Made by a program: the position numbers and the translations under genes. The notes under the pieces were generated by a model that worked only from the letters and a program-made list of their open reading frames with translations, searched no databases and was not told the origin of the DNA. A stretch of DNA of 62,930 nt, filler included, from Hyphochytrium catenoides (taxonomy: Eukaryota > Protista > Hyphochytriomycota): NCBI GenBank assembly GCA_900088475.1. It is 10 parts of 10 records of this genome, joined end to end, with 100 filler letters (N's around TTAATTAATTAA, not from the genome) between each part and the next. Parts side by side here need not be neighbours in the genome. Positions count along the whole stretch, not along the records: positions 24,726 to 33,866 come from FLMG01003806.1; positions 33,967 to 47,609 come from FLMG01001607.1; 8 more parts are not named here. One strand, 5' to 3'. This document shows, piece after piece, positions 33,821 through 47,709 of this stretch. How positions within the stretch are numbered: position 1 is the stretch's first letter; each line of letters opens with the position of its first letter.

Positions 33821-36663
33821 AAGTCTTGGCGCACCGTTGATGGCAGGTGAGTAGACTTGAAGGAGCNNNNNNNNNNNNNNNNNNNNNNNNNNNNNNNNNN
33901 NNNNNNNNNNTTAATTAATTAANNNNNNNNNNNNNNNNNNNNNNNNNNNNNNNNNNNNNNNNNNNNATAAGATGGAGAAATTTCTTCCCCTCTGTCATCC
34001 AAGCTCCTGACCCGCAATATCTTCCGAGATCTGCTATCTCTACAGCTTCATAAGGAGATTAGCACCGAGAAGTGCGGTCAGTCTTGCATGCAAAAGCGGG
34101 TCTGCTGGCAAAAGAAAGGACACATAGTAGTTCGTACTTCCCGAGCATCAATAATTGTTGAGGCTCAGCTCACTGTAAGACGCTAGCCCTTCTTCGCCTT
34201 GATTTTGCTGACAATGGAAAAAGAGGAGGGAGACATCTGTGGTATAGTCATCGGGGAGAGCGAAGATTGGTTACATTCTCATGCAGAGTCGAGTCAAAAC
34301 GTGCTTGACCACAAACACTCTCAGAGTGCTATAAGCAGCTGTTCTTGCCTAGCGGCGTACGAGCTGATCACTACCTATGACAGTCCTTTGATCTGGGTTG
34401 AGAGAAACATCAGTCTGGATTTGACCCTCATCCGTGGGATCTTCCAACATGCTAGACCCAAGAAGCCATCACTGAGAGCCGTCCGACCTAAACCATACCC
34501 CGCTGGTGCCTTTAGTAAGTATCTCCCCAACACACCGTCACGGGTAAGAGAATAGTAGAACTCCATGTATGACGTCGCCAAGTCGCAGTGAGAACAGTCG
34601 AAGTGCGGCTTTTAAACCCCTAACTTGAGTTGAGCATCATCATGTTCTAGCGAGAAGTGTGCGTAAGTCGTTCCCGGGAAAAACCTCTTGCCCTCTTTAT
34701 ATAGCCCAGCTGGGAAGGCCTGCAGCACGTGGGCCAGAGGGATATGAGCACCTTGCCAATCATACCTGGGGATAGAGCTTTTCTAAGAGGCTCAAGCCCA
34801 ATTAGATGTTGATGAGAAGGCAGCTGCCATGGATGGGGCGGTATCGTCTATGAAGCAAGTGGTGCCAAGGAGGGTCCCAAGATATCTTTTCTGAAGGTAT
34901 GGAGCAAGGAAGGTCTATCTACTTCAACTCTGGAGCTTTTATGAAAAAAGAATGATGAAGACATTGGTGAATAAATTGCCGCCCTTCAACTTCCTGCCTC
35001 TCGTAAGATCATCCCTTCTTACTGCTTGACAACCTTATCCTCAAAGTGAAAGATATGCCCAAGGGTGCTAGGCGCTGACAAGGTAGGAAGGAGCAGGTGC
35101 AGGGAGTTCACAGCACATAGTCCTTATCCCCACAGTTGCGGCGCAGAGCAAGAATGGATAGCTGAGGAATGCAACCTGAAGTGATGGACCGGATCAATGG
35201 CGAAGTCTTGCTTAGTTTATCCCAACTTTTGGAAAGGGAAGGAACGTGGTAGAACTCTTCTGTACCACCCTCTTGACTGCAAGGCGGACCTCGCGGCATT
35301 CGGGGCTTCGTCCGTCGACTCTGATAACTGAACGAGGGTTGGATTGAGCGAGAGCAATGCTCCGTTGCCTTTGCCTCGTCTATCCAAGCGCAACTGGATA
35401 GCAATGGCATACTATCAGAGCTTCCTCAAATCTTCATAAGAATCTCCTTAGGTCAACATGCGCAGAGTTAATGTTCCTTTGATTCCCAAGAGAAGAACAA
35501 CGACGGAGACGTAGCAGACCCAAGACTCTGGAAATGTGGCGAAAGTAACTATGTTTCAGCGTAAAAATAAAAGTCGTTCTGAAGTTCTAACGGAGGGAGG
35601 GCCGTACATAAGGCAAACGGTTCTTTCATATTAAGAGGGGACATAGAGTGCAGATAGAATCAGAGGTATCGTAACAAGTGTCACGTTGAGACATGAAGGA
35701 AAATGCTCTAGCCCAACCAACGTTATGACAGTGGAAGTGCCCACAAGTACCTGCACGAAAAGAACAAGTTAAAGTTAGTAGGGGAAAAGAGGTCGCGGTA
35801 ACAAAGGAACTGAGAGGAGGTCACCCTCTGGAACATGAAGCATCTCAGAAAACTTAATAACTTCAGCACGCAACCCTCAAAAGGTTGCTCAGGTTGAAGA
35901 CTGAAATGTATTGATCATCAGCGATAGCTTCAAATGGCCAGCCATGGCATGCAGCTCCATACAGGCATAACAGAACAGAAGCCCCTACCCAAGCTGAACC
36001 TTCGACAAGCAGCATGCTTACCTCTAACCATCTGGTGGGAAAGTATATTTTCCAGAAGAAGTAAGCCTGACCGCTACACTAGAACTATCGATCACTTACA
36101 CAGCTCCCTGGACGGAGCCTCTCATTTGATATGGCTACGTATAGGTCAGGCTATAAACGCTTAGGGATCCTCTTGAACAGCTTCACAAAGAAGATGATCA
36201 GACTGATGAGAAAGCTTCAGAAATGTGGAAGTGATGCCGTTTGAGATTCTATTCTGAAGCTCTACAATTGTAACCAATGGGTGGGCGTCATTTTCTGTGA
36301 CTATTACTGTAGGAATGTCAGGTTATAAAGACCAAATCTATGATGATGAATGATACTTAGCGGATTTATAATATCATAATAAGGTAACTAGGGTTTTTAC
36401 GGTAGCACTTTGTGGAAGTGTTTACCGTTCCGCCCATGTTACCCACGGGTCGGTTGGTGTTGCTGCTCTTGGTGTTTGGAGGGAGTAACTCTTCGTCTGC
36501 ATCGCCTCAGATGAAGCTCAGCCCGTCCACAGTTCGGTCACAAGCCTAGGACATGGCTGTCAGCTATCTTCTCTATTGAAGCCCCATTCTTCACATCTGT
36601 AAGGCAGCGTCAACAGAGTTCTTTGAAGGGATAGGGCTTCGGACCTGCTTGGGCTAGGGAGGT

Positions 36664-39359
36664 ATGAAGGTCAAGACCATCAGCCGTAGCGAGGTTGCAC
36701 ACACAAGAGATTGCAGAGGCGATGTTCTGAAGGTACAGCGCAACCTTGATCCGACGCTCCACCCCTTTGAGAGGGCAAGGGAGGTAAGGCCTTTGCGTTA
36801 CTCCAAGGACCACTTAATGCGTAACTGAGAGATCTTGCTTCGTCTTTTTTTGGCTGTCGCTTGTGATCATAATGCCTGGGTCACTCTCTATGGCATATCT
36901 TGAAAATTCCATGATCCTTAGTACACAAGGGCTACAAACGCCGTCAAGCTAGATAAGGTCTTTGCCAAGCCATTCATTGGACAGTTAGATGGGCACACAG
37001 ATGGCGTGTGGTCCATGGCCACAACCAAGAGAAGTTTGGTAGGCGAGAGTGTGCTGCCTGCTTCTTATCCTTATGAGAATTACCTTCGTTACTCTTCGAC
37101 TGGCTTTCTCTTCTTGTTTGTCTTTAGTACTTGTTCATCACTTCTCTCTCTCTCTTTCCGTTTCGTGAAGCTTTAAAGTTCTTCAATCTCATGTTGCCCT
37201 CGATACATATTTGCATCCGCGCAGGTTGGTCTCATATCGGGAGCGTGTGACGGTGAAATTTGCATCTGGGATCTCGCTCATAAGAAGAAGGTTTGGTCCG
37301 CCATTGCGCACACTGGCTTTGTGAGAGGACTGACAGGTCAAGACCGTTTCTCACCTGGCTTTCTTTGCTTGGTCCTCAAACTCACTTTTCGTTCTACGTG
37401 TGGCTGTCGTACTCTGTCATCCGCTTTCTTACTCTTCAGTTCCCCCGAGGGACTACTCCTTTCTTTTTCTCTACTCCCCTGTACCTTTCTGGACAAGGTT
37501 TGAAGGAGGGAACACATTATCTGCACTCTAGCGGTCAGGCTAGTTTATTCAGACTCTAACTCTATTATGTCTGCACACAGTGGCTCCTGACGGGGAGACA
37601 TTCTTCTCTTGCGGTGACGACAAGGTGATCAAGCAGTGGAAGATAGAAGCACTAAATCAGGCGGAAGAAGACGAAGATCCATCTCCTCTTACATCATGGG
37701 TCTCTGAGCAGACATTTACTGGTCTTGACCACCACTGGAAGGACCAGCAGTTCGCCACATCAGGGAAAGAGGTGTTGGTCTGGGATCAGCACAGGTCCGA
37801 CCCTGTCCATAGGTAAGAACCATACGCATGTCATTGGGTCCCTTGTCAGCCCTATAAGTCTACCCAGCTTCTCAAGAGGTAGTAGTCCTTCTGAACTTTC
37901 CCTCGATAGTACATGTGCCGCTTTCGTGCAGGAGGGTCCCTTTCCGTTGCCGACCATCTAGCTTTCTCGCCTACTCCGTATCTCTTTCGCTCCATCTGTG
38001 TCGAGTTATGAGCAGTAGGAGGGTTAGGTTAGGTTTCCGAGAAAGCTGTTGCTGACTGCCACTCACCCTGTTTACTCTACTAAGGTTCTCTTGGGGAGCG
38101 GATACAATTCTCTCCGTTAAGTTCAACCCTGCGGAAGCCTGCCTCCTGGCTTCAACAGCCTCTGATCGTAACATCTGCTTGTATGATGTTCGCATGTCTC
38201 AAGCTCTACGTAAAGTTATTCTTCAGATGGTGTCCAATCAGCTGGCATGGAACCCTATGGAACCTTTCAACTTCACAGTGGTAGGCAAGAAGTGGGGATG
38301 ATTGTACGAACAGGAGAAGAAAGCAATAGAAGTTAGTGCTAAGAGAAGCTATTAGTCTAAAGGAGAGACTTGGCACAGTAGGGTTTTAGTGCCAGGTGAT
38401 GCAGTGATTAGCCTTAGACATACGGAGAGGAAAGCCGCTTGCGGAGACCACTTCCAGCGGCATCGGAGCCTCCTCGTTATGGATTCACTCTGAACATATC
38501 TTTCCTCTTTCTTATCTCAGGCCAACGAAGATCATTGCTTGTACACATTCGATATGAGGAACCTTGACTCTGCTCTGATGGTTCACAAGGACCACGTGTC
38601 AGCGGTGATGGACGTTTCTTACTCTCCGACTGGCAGAGAATTTGTTAGCGGCTCTTACGACCGGACTGTCAGGATCTTCAGAGTAGGCGAAGGAAAAAGC
38701 CGCGAAGTCTACCATACTAGAAGAATGCAGAGAGTCTTCTGTGCCCGTTTCACTGCGGATGCAAAGTTCGTCCTCTCCGGCAGTGACGACACTAATATCA
38801 GGATATGGAAAGCAGATGCTTCTCAGTCTCTAGGAGTTCTGGTAAGGCAAGGGTGGACTGAAACAAGGAGTGCTGTGGTATTCAGGAGGATATAGGGGAG
38901 AGGGATTGTGCCGGAGAGGTAGAGGCGGTCCAGGCCGCTTGGCACTGGTTGTTATCCATTGTTGAGCTACTTGGACATTGTTCCTGGTCGAACCGTGTCC
39001 TCTTGCTGTGTTCATGGCCGTTATTTCTCGTTTATGAGCTGTACATAACTAGATGGAAAGACTTTATAGTCATCTAACCCTTTCTTCACTATGTTTGTCC
39101 GTCAATTCAGGCACCACGAGAGAAACAGAAGCGTGACTACCAGAACAAGTTGAAGAAGCGCTTTGGACACCTTCCTGAGATAAGACGCATCGCCAACCAC
39201 AGACATCTTCCGAAGAGTATATTAAAAGCTGCAAAGGCCAAGCAGGAAGAGAAAGGCCGAGAGAGGAAGAAGAATGAGAATAGAAGGAAACATAGCAAGC
39301 CTGGCTCTGTGCCTTTTATCGCAGAGCGGAAGAAGTCTGTGGTCAAAGAGTTGGAGTAG
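36664..39359 (+). CDS. DCAF13: DCAF13/SOF1 WD40 SSU processome (U3 snoRNP) protein, multi-exon
   Basis: MKVKTISRS...RNLDPTLHPFERARE-YTRATNAVKLDKVFAKPFIGQLDGHTDGV...WNPMEPFNFTVANEDH...HKDHVSAVMDVSYSPTGREFVSGSYDRTVRIF...YHTRRMQRVF...GSDDTNIRIWKADAS...PEIRRIANHRHLPK (Sof1 domain). Confidence 0.96.
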
Positions 39360-39646
39360 ACCCGACATGGAAGGGAAGAAGACTTGTCTTTGTTTGATAT
39401 TTATTAGGATGCATACTCATCTGAAAACCGGACAGCAACGCAAAGAGACCTAGGGGGAACAAGGTTTTGAAGAAGGGAATGTAAGCTCTGTGGGAGCTCC
39501 ACTTAGGATAAGGAAACTGAACGGGGGCAGTTACAGCCTCAGCGTAGCCTCTGTCTCAACAGGGAAAGAGGTCTTTACGGAGAGATGACGGACAACATCC
39601 AAAAAGGCCGATTGGACAGTGCTTTTATTGTCCCTCAAGTCACCGG

Positions 39647-41903
39647 CTATTTATCTATGAGTTTTGAGATCCACGTCTTAATGGACTCGTACGACATAAA
39701 TATCACGCCCTGACCCGGAATGACACGTCCCAATCGGGGCAGCGTACCCGCGTAGAAAGCCAAGATTCCTACAAAATTGATCAGCCCTCCATATAGCATA
39801 CAGGGTCAAAAGTGAACTGAACAATGTGCGTGGTAGCAGCCATGTACTACTAAGAGTGAAGGAGGTGATAGGACGGACCCAGAATAGAAAGCCAAGGAGT
39901 TCGCCAGAAAGACGGATCGAATGTCGCAAAAGTAGAGCAGTAGTAGCAAAAGTAGTACTACATTGAGGTAAGAAGAGGGCAGTGGGGCGTCGTTACTTAG
40001 TGGGGCAAGAGGTAAAAGCAATGCAATAGAGAGAGACAAGGAATGCTCACCCTCATGTCGTGCAATTCTGACGAAGCAGTCCCAGGAGCTTCGATATTTG
40101 TGTGCCTCCAGACCTTGCATCCTTGTCTTCACAACGTCCATCGGATTGTTGCACATTACACTGAACGTGCCTGCACTAACACCTCCTAAGAAGTTCACCA
40201 GAGCCATCTGGCTCTGAGACGCCTGGGAATAGTCCTTTAAAAGGTGTGTTGACTCTAGGAAAGGGCCGATACGCTTCTTATACTCAGAGAACCTGCCACG
40301 AGCTCGTGAGGAAGGTGCTTCCCATCAATGAATTTGGCAACGGTTGCTCTCGGAACATGACGCAGCTAAGGGTGGCCATAGCAAGCAGCAAAGCAAGCGA
40401 ATACTAGAAGACAGGGCACAAGGTTGAAGGAATATACATTGGAGAAAAGACAGCTCCGAGCGCGCTAGAGACAAATTATCAACCATAGAGAATCTAGGGC
40501 AGTTAATCTCACGTGCATCGTTGGAGATATGGGTAAGAGGCACACTCACCACATGAATCGGAGGCCATGATTACTAGACTGCTCAAAGAACAACAAGGAA
40601 TGCAGTCAGGAACGGCTGTTCCTCTATCTCTCCCCTGGTCTGTCGGTACGCACAGCTTGAAGTCTCGTCCCGCACCTCTTGGTACTATGGTCTCCCATAA
40701 TGTTCCTCAATCTCTATCCTCTCTTGTTGCTATCCTATCTATTTTAGCAGGTGCCAAGCTCCTCCTTCGATACATACCTGCTTGAGGACGGTAGGCACTA
40801 CGCCCTTGTATAGGCCTCCTATCCCTTCTGTATGCACAATCTTCTGCACACCCTTGACAAGCCCCATATTCCCGTCAATAAGTTTAGTCTTGATTGTCTC
40901 CATCGGAGTGACGCATGCCACGGCCTCTAAGGCACCAGCGATCATCCCAGCAGATAGTGAGCGCAAGGGAGACAGAGTCCCATCCTTAGGGGTTAGCGCT
41001 GTCTTGACGAGATCGTACGCTCCGAACCGAATGCCCGCTTTTGGTATGGAGAAGAGGAGCACAGGAGACAGTCCTCGATAAAGAGAAAGAAAACCCTGTC
41101 ATGGAAAGGCATCAGAAGCACATTAGGCCTATAGCACTCTTGACTAGAGTCAAAGATGGGATATGTCTCAGGGACTGCAAACGGAGGGAAGAATGACGCA
41201 CCTCCGTCAATTAAGATGAGAAGCGAAAGAAAGAGAGCAGATAGTCTCTGGCTGTCAGTGACAGTAAGAGGAGGTAAAGGACCAATGACGTGTAGAAGAG
41301 AAATCATAGTTAGAAAAGAGAAGAACAGAGATAAAGCGGCTCCAAGTCAGAGGATCAGGGCCTAGAGGACATTAAGGGGAACAGGGCAAAGAGTGCACTC
41401 TGCCAGGGTTACGAAGAGCATACTCGCCCAGGAGAGCCTTCCAGGGCATTAGACACTTAGGGGCCCACTGAGGGTGACGTTAGAAGACGGAGAGAAGGCA
41501 GAGTTCAGACCTGATTCTTGGTGTGCCACACTAATCCACCTATCATCCCATTGTACCTAACAGGGGGCGCCACTCCACCCGCAGTCACCACTTGCTGCGA
41601 GGCACAGCATCACAGAGATGTCGGAGGTCAGCAGGGGCTACTGAGGCTTAAGGCGAAAAGAGCCAGACCCAGAGAAAAGTCAAGGATAGAGAGCTATGGC
41701 AGGGCAGGCGTGCGGGAATGGACAATGAGAGCTCCTAGCCTTACCGCTCTGGATTGTAGCTGAAGCTGAGTCTTGATGAACTCCATCGGCCAGGTGACAG
41801 TGGCCTCTATAGCTCCGGCCACACATCCTGCCAGCACAGGCACAGCAGGATGAGGCTTTCTGACCCCGCTCTCTGCTCCCCCGCCTCCTGCTCCGGCCGG
41901 CAT
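39647..41903 (-). CDS. SLC25A1: Mitochondrial citrate/tricarboxylate carrier (SLC25A1/CTP1-like), multi-exon
   Basis: Three carrier repeats PMEFIKTQLQ, PMETIKTKL, PMDVVKTRMQ; citrate-carrier-typical SIPKAGIRF, KQSSNHGLRF and PRLGRV. Confidence 0.88.
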
Positions 41904-42661
41904 CGTTGCTCTGGCGAGAACTCCTTGATGTGATGATCTGCCTCCCCGAGAGAAGACGACGGTTGCTTCCAGAATGCTGAGCGGAAGCACGACGGACTCG
42001 ACTCTCTCTCGCTGCCCTGCCCGTCGCGAAGGCTCCTTGACTCACTGATGTCCACTAGTGCTCCGTCAGCTGGTAGTCTCCCGGTGAAGCACCAAGCAAA
42101 GAGATGAAAGCAGAGCATACCAGATAGACATGTCTCTTCCTCTTCCAGTTCCAGGCTCAACACTCGATACACATTCTGGCCTTTCCCTTTCAGTCTCACT
42201 CGCTCTCTCTCTCTCTCTCTCTCTTTGCTTCTCTCTTTGCTTCTCTCTTTCTTTCTCTCTCTGTCTTTCTCTCTCTTTCTTGCTCTCTCTCTCTTTCTCT
42301 CTCTCTCTGTCTCCCATTCTCATCTCTCCCTATCTCTCTAGCTCTTGTCTCTCTCATCTGTGTTACTCTTCCTCACACCACCTGAAGATGATGGCATGAC
42401 CCTCACATATTCCGCCATTGGTGGCCTTTTGCAGTACTCAACCCCAGCCTTTTCCTTATCCTTCGCCAGTTCAACAATAGTAGGCTTTGTATCGGTGCTT
42501 TTGGGTAGCCAAAGTTAGTAATAAAGCCTTACCGAATGAGCCTTATTCCTATTGCAGGTTGTCCTATCACGGATATCACAAAGTGCGTTAGCCACGACGA
42601 CCGGTTTGATACAGTTCTCCTCCAGGAACTTCAACTTCCCTTTTGTTTGTCTCTCTGTTTG

Positions 42662-42705
<44 letters not shown>

Positions 42706-43158
42706 ACACTCACTCTTACTCTCCCACTCTCACTGTCTCTCTCTCTCTCGCTCGCGCGCGCGCGCTCTCTCTCTCATTATCTCTCTCTTCACACCAAAGC
42801 ATGCTTAGTAAAACTAGTGAGCCATCGCCATCGCTGTGTCCACATCCGAGGTTCAGCTAGAATCTGCATCCTAGTTCCTTGTAAAGAGGAGGCCCAACGC
42901 AAGGCCTTATGTCTTGCATGTAGACACTTTATTAACAGCAAACTTCTTGTTCCTGTACAATGGGCACAGTGGACATGAAGGCAGAGTGGCTAGTACTAGC
43001 GCTAAGCAAAGTATAGCGCTGCTCTGGGTAGACGGTGCTGGGCACTGAGAGCTTCGTACGTCTCTTCTCGTCTATCGCGCTGATACTCACGGCATGAGCA
43101 GGATGAGTGAGCGTTTGACCTTTGCTTCTAGAGAGGCCTCTGGGGTTTGCCATAGCAG

Positions 43159-46100
43159 TTAGCTCACAGTGCAGTTAACAGTGGAGTTCTCTTCTCCTTC
43201 CGCTTGTGAAGCAACTGGCAAGGGAGACTCACGCGCTGAGGAGGACGGGGGAGGAGGAAGAAGAGACGGTGGTTCTAGGGGTAACCGCATCCCTTCTAGC
43301 CCTCTTACCACGGAGGACTGTGAAGTCAAAGGGGAGATGGAGTTGTGAGAGCTCTGAGAGTGATCAGCTGGTTTTGATGGACTACTCCAATCGCCTGATG
43401 AACCTTGGTGAGGGCTGCTGGGTTGCCTCTGAGGAGAGAGAAACTCTTGACCTTCCTTCCAGAGCTCTTGCGAGTTTGTTGCCACGGAAGGGTCAAGCCT
43501 GCCACTGGGGACATCACGGGAGTTAACTGCGAGAAGATTTCTTCTACCGCTTCCATCGCGAACAGGAGAAGCGAGTGCATTCAGATGTTGTCCTGAGGTC
43601 TGAGGCTGCTTGTAAGGGGACCGAGGAGGGCGCCGACTTGTTGACGGAGATGGAGGTACCGCTTGAGGCGCGGGGAATCGACTTCCTGCTGCCTTAGTCT
43701 CTGACTGAAGCAGATGACTTCGGTCGAGACGGAAGAACCTAGAAATATCTTGGCAAACAGCTTCAAAGCTCTGATAAGTGCGGACAGCGCCTCTCATCCA
43801 CTTGGCCAGCATATTTTGATTGTCCAACTGCTCAAAGCGACTGTCTAGCAACACAATGGTCCCATAGTCGCCTTTGTGCCTAAGACACCGTCCAATCGCC
43901 TGATTGAGTGCCCGGAACGCCTGGAGAGCGTACCAATGGTCACCGCTGACCAGCAACCCCCTCCGGTCCTGCTTGTTACCTGTGCCCTGAGCTCGCCGGA
44001 CGTCATTATACTTCCGCTTCTTCTGCACTTTGGCGTCCACAAAGTTCGGATACGGGATTCCGACACATATGACACCGCGCTGCAAAACAAAGTCAAAATT
44101 TTGGTGCGCGAAGGAGAACCCTTAGCTGACAGGAAGAGGTAAGGAGAGGACGAGGAATAAGGCAAGGAAGCAGGCCGGCATAGAGAGGATAAGCCTATCT
44201 GTTTGCATTGCCCGGGACCAAAAGCGGGAAGTGCGAGACTATGGATAGCTGACGCGGCTCTGTGGTAACAGCGAAAGCGAATGGATGCCTGCCGGTCCCA
44301 TCCCAGAAGAAGGAACAGGAAGCCGAAAGACCAGAGATAGATACGGCAAAGAGAACACCAGCACACGGGAAAGACGCTGAGGGCTAAGGAATGTGAAAGG
44401 GAGAGTCTCAGCTTCCGCCTACCGCAAAGTCGTCGTTAAAACTGATACCCTCAGAGACTCGTCCTCGGTACACTGCAAAGAGAACACCTCCTTTAGGACG
44501 CTTGGAGGCCTGTAAGTAGCGCTCCTTCAACAGCTCGAACCGGTCACCGCCCTCTGGAAAAGAGGTAACAATAGATTAGAGACGGAGAAGGCAAAGATTC
44601 AGAGCAGCGGATTAGCCAAGAAGAGTGTTAGGATGTCCTGACAGACCGAGGGACAGGCAAGAGGGTTGCCTTATAGATCTAGAGGAAGAGAAAGTGGAAG
44701 TAAAGGGACAGTGCAAGCCCAACCTGACTTCAGCTCAGCCAGCACCTCATCTTTCATCTCTCGAAGCTTCAATAACAACCCTGTTTCCGTCCATCGCGCT
44801 AAGGGCCACAAGTAAGCATGTGATAATCACAAGGGAAGAGCCATGATAATAAATGAACGACAGGTCAGTAAGAGGCAGGAAGATTGGTCTGGAAGGAGCC
44901 AGTAAGATGAGGGTTGCCGTACTGAAGAGCTTGGCTAGCAGATCATAGGAGGGGAGGAAGACTAGAACATTCTTCGGAATAACCCTCAGCAGGTCTATGA
45001 GACACTCTCCGAGCTCATCCTGATATCGTAAAGTCTGCACAACCCCGTGCACCCCTAGCCATTTAGCAGACAGCCAAATCAGTACAGGGGCACATAAGGG
45101 CGAGGAAATATGTTACAAAGGTGACAAGAAGATAGAAGCGGCAGCCTATAGGGCGTGTAAGGTGAGAGCATCCAACAGATGACTAATTGTGACAGTAGCC
45201 CGTCAAGAACTGGACCCAGGGAGCCGGGAGAAGCCAAGCACCAGGAAGGGATTGGTACGAACCTTTCATAACAAGGTTGTTCCTGGCAGAAACGACAGGG
45301 ATCAGGAGCTGGCTAGGTAGATCCACTACGTGGCGTCCCTCCAAGCGGTTCTCAGGCGGAGTTCTGATACAGAAGTTCTCGCCCAGCTCGGAGACGAAGG
45401 ACTCCATCGGCTAAGGTTAGGAAAGTGGCATTTTGTCAAAGGAAGAGAGAAGGAGAATTGTGAGTCTCCAAGCAAGCTAAAGGATGCCACTGAGACGGAA
45501 ACTGAAGGACACGGATACGGACTATAAAGTGAAAGCTCCTCTTTGACAGGAAAAGAGCACAAGCCGCCCATACCGCAAGCGTTCCGCTAGCCAGGATAAT
45601 AGACATCGCTTGTTGGGAGAGTTGTCCGAAGGTCACCGCGGAGTTCATTAACCACAAGGAGAGGACCGAAGTCCACCTCTTTCGAAGCTGCCAAAGAACA
45701 AAGAGGTCATTGGCGAAAGAATGAGTGCGGGGAGATGCACGAAGAAGAAACGCGAATGATGGTAATAACAGATAATCAAGGATGAATTTTCTTGCTTACG
45801 TCCTGCTCGTCTTCTTTGACCTTGACGTTAGGAGTTGCCTTTTTATTATAAAAGAGGCATTAGCAGATGGTTTACACGCTGCTTTCTCTTCCAGTGATCG
45901 CCTTTCTGGTGCGCCTCTGTTCGCAGCTCCGTCTCTGCCGCCGTCCTACTGCCGTTTCCCAGTAAAAGTCGCACACCCAATCTCTCTCTTCTTTACTATG
46001 CTACCTCATCTGTCAAGGCGCGGACGGTGAACCTTCTTACCTTGATGTAAACCACATAGTCCGAGGTGTTGTTCACTAGAAAGCAGAGAGCGACGAGGAC

Positions 46101-47564
46101 CTGGTGGCGTTCAAGGTTAGATGATGATGAGAGTGGAAAGCCACTTTGAGGCCCCACTGGGTGGTAGCTTAAGGTAGCTTAGGCTGCCTTTTTAAGGTTC
46201 ACAGCGTCGCTCATTTCATGTCTCTTCTAGGTTTCTCTGCCAAGACCTTAATCTGACCCTCCCTACCCTTTGTCAGCTGTACTGACCGCATATAGTGACA
46301 ACAGCGTTGCAACATGAAGACGAAGGTCAAAATAGTATAGGACAAAGAGAAAGATTGGAGCAATTGAACTGAGGGGACAAATCGACACAAAAAACCGGTG
46401 GCATGGCTATGAAAGCAGTCCCAACGCACTACAATCTCAGAGAACTTGAGGTGGCAATCCATGGGTTGGTCTCACCTTCTCGACAGCATCCACTTGCGAA
46501 CCCAGTTTGTCGAGAAGCCCTGCCTCTTGCATGTACTTTGTGATGGTAGAGAGCCCGTTCCTGGCCTCAAGAACTGCCTTCATTTCGAGCTGCATCTCTA
46601 GTAGGAAGCCGTCCACTTGGTTGAAAGGCTGATACTGCGCCGCTGCCTGCCTTTGGAGAAAACCACTCCACTCTCGCAGGATCACTTCTCGACTGCTGTA
46701 AGTCATACAGACCGGGCAAAGAATGAAGAAAGAGGGAAGGGAATGGAAGAAGTAAGGGAGAGAAGTCAGACTGTGGACGTCGCGCACGGTTGAGCTGTTA
46801 ATGAAGAACATACTTCCCGTTCGATCTCGTCTTGTTGGCATCGAAGTTCCGTAAGAAACTCTCTTTCTCGTGTTGCATCAGATTTACCATGCCCGCCAGG
46901 ACCATCTTGCATTTAAATGCTGATGAAAGACAATGGTGAGGATAAGTGCTCCAGATGACGGGTTCTATAATGGCTAGAAGACTGCCATAACCGGAGTGGC
47001 TGGACATAGGAAAGGACAGCGGAGGTACAAGGGACTGAAGTTGCAGCCACCCGAGCTCAATAATCTCAGCAAGATGCGTCGGATGAAGGCTCGCCCTACC
47101 GGCTTCGTTAGCTTCAGCAAACAGTCGGGACCGCTCTTCGCTGGCACTGAAGTTTGAGAAGAAAAAAAGTAGCTCCAGCACCAGCGTTAGGTCTAGGTCA
47201 AGAGACCCGCCCTCTCTGCAAAAACATTGTAGGTTACTAGTTAGCCAGTGCGGGATACTATGGAGAGGAGGATAAGGAGAAGGCGGACGCTTACTTCAGT
47301 GAACGTGAGAGAAAGCTAGTACTAAGAGCAGGATTCGCCTTTCCTTCCTAAAGAAAAGTTGTCATTTACCTACAAACATCTTCAACGTTGTGCGCTTCAT
47401 CAATCTAGGGGGAGAAGCAGAACAGCAGCGATTCAGGGGCACTACAAGGGGAGAGAGAGGCTTTCCGCTCTACATCGTACCACAATTACGCTGTCTCTCA
47501 GCTCCAGCTTCTTCGCCTTGCGGATGATGGGGTCGATGATGTAGTTATAAGGACAAATGATGAC
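43159..47564 (-). CDS. BRIP1: FANCJ/BRIP1-like XPD-family Fe-S DNA helicase, multi-exon, 5' truncated; 3' end uncertain
   Basis: VIICPYNYIIDP, IDEAHNVEDVCR, WLMNSAVTF...IILASGTLAP, LVFLPSY, FAVYRGRVSEGISF, VGIPYPN, WYALQAFRALNQAIGRCLRHKGDYGTIVLLDSRF. RTEL1 is not fully excluded. Confidence 0.85.
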
Positions 47565-47709
47565 CTAACAGACCCGCCGCAGACCAAGAAAGTGAGCGAG
47601 GCCGTCAAANNNNNNNNNNNNNNNNNNNNNNNNNNNNNNNNNNNNNNNNNNNNTTAATTAATTAANNNNNNNNNNNNNNNNNNNNNNNNNNNNNNNNNNN
47701 NNNNNNNNN

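Noticed and set aside
29000-33834. Many long Leu/Ser- or Arg/Glu-rich ORFs (e.g. 32803-33834; also 52501-53109)
   Set aside because: Translations of (CT)n/(GA)n microsatellites, which lack stop codons.
34600-43200. Stop-codon reassignment suggested by isolated in-frame TAA codons
   Set aside because: Conserved genes end with TAA, TAG and TGA and contain no internal stops.
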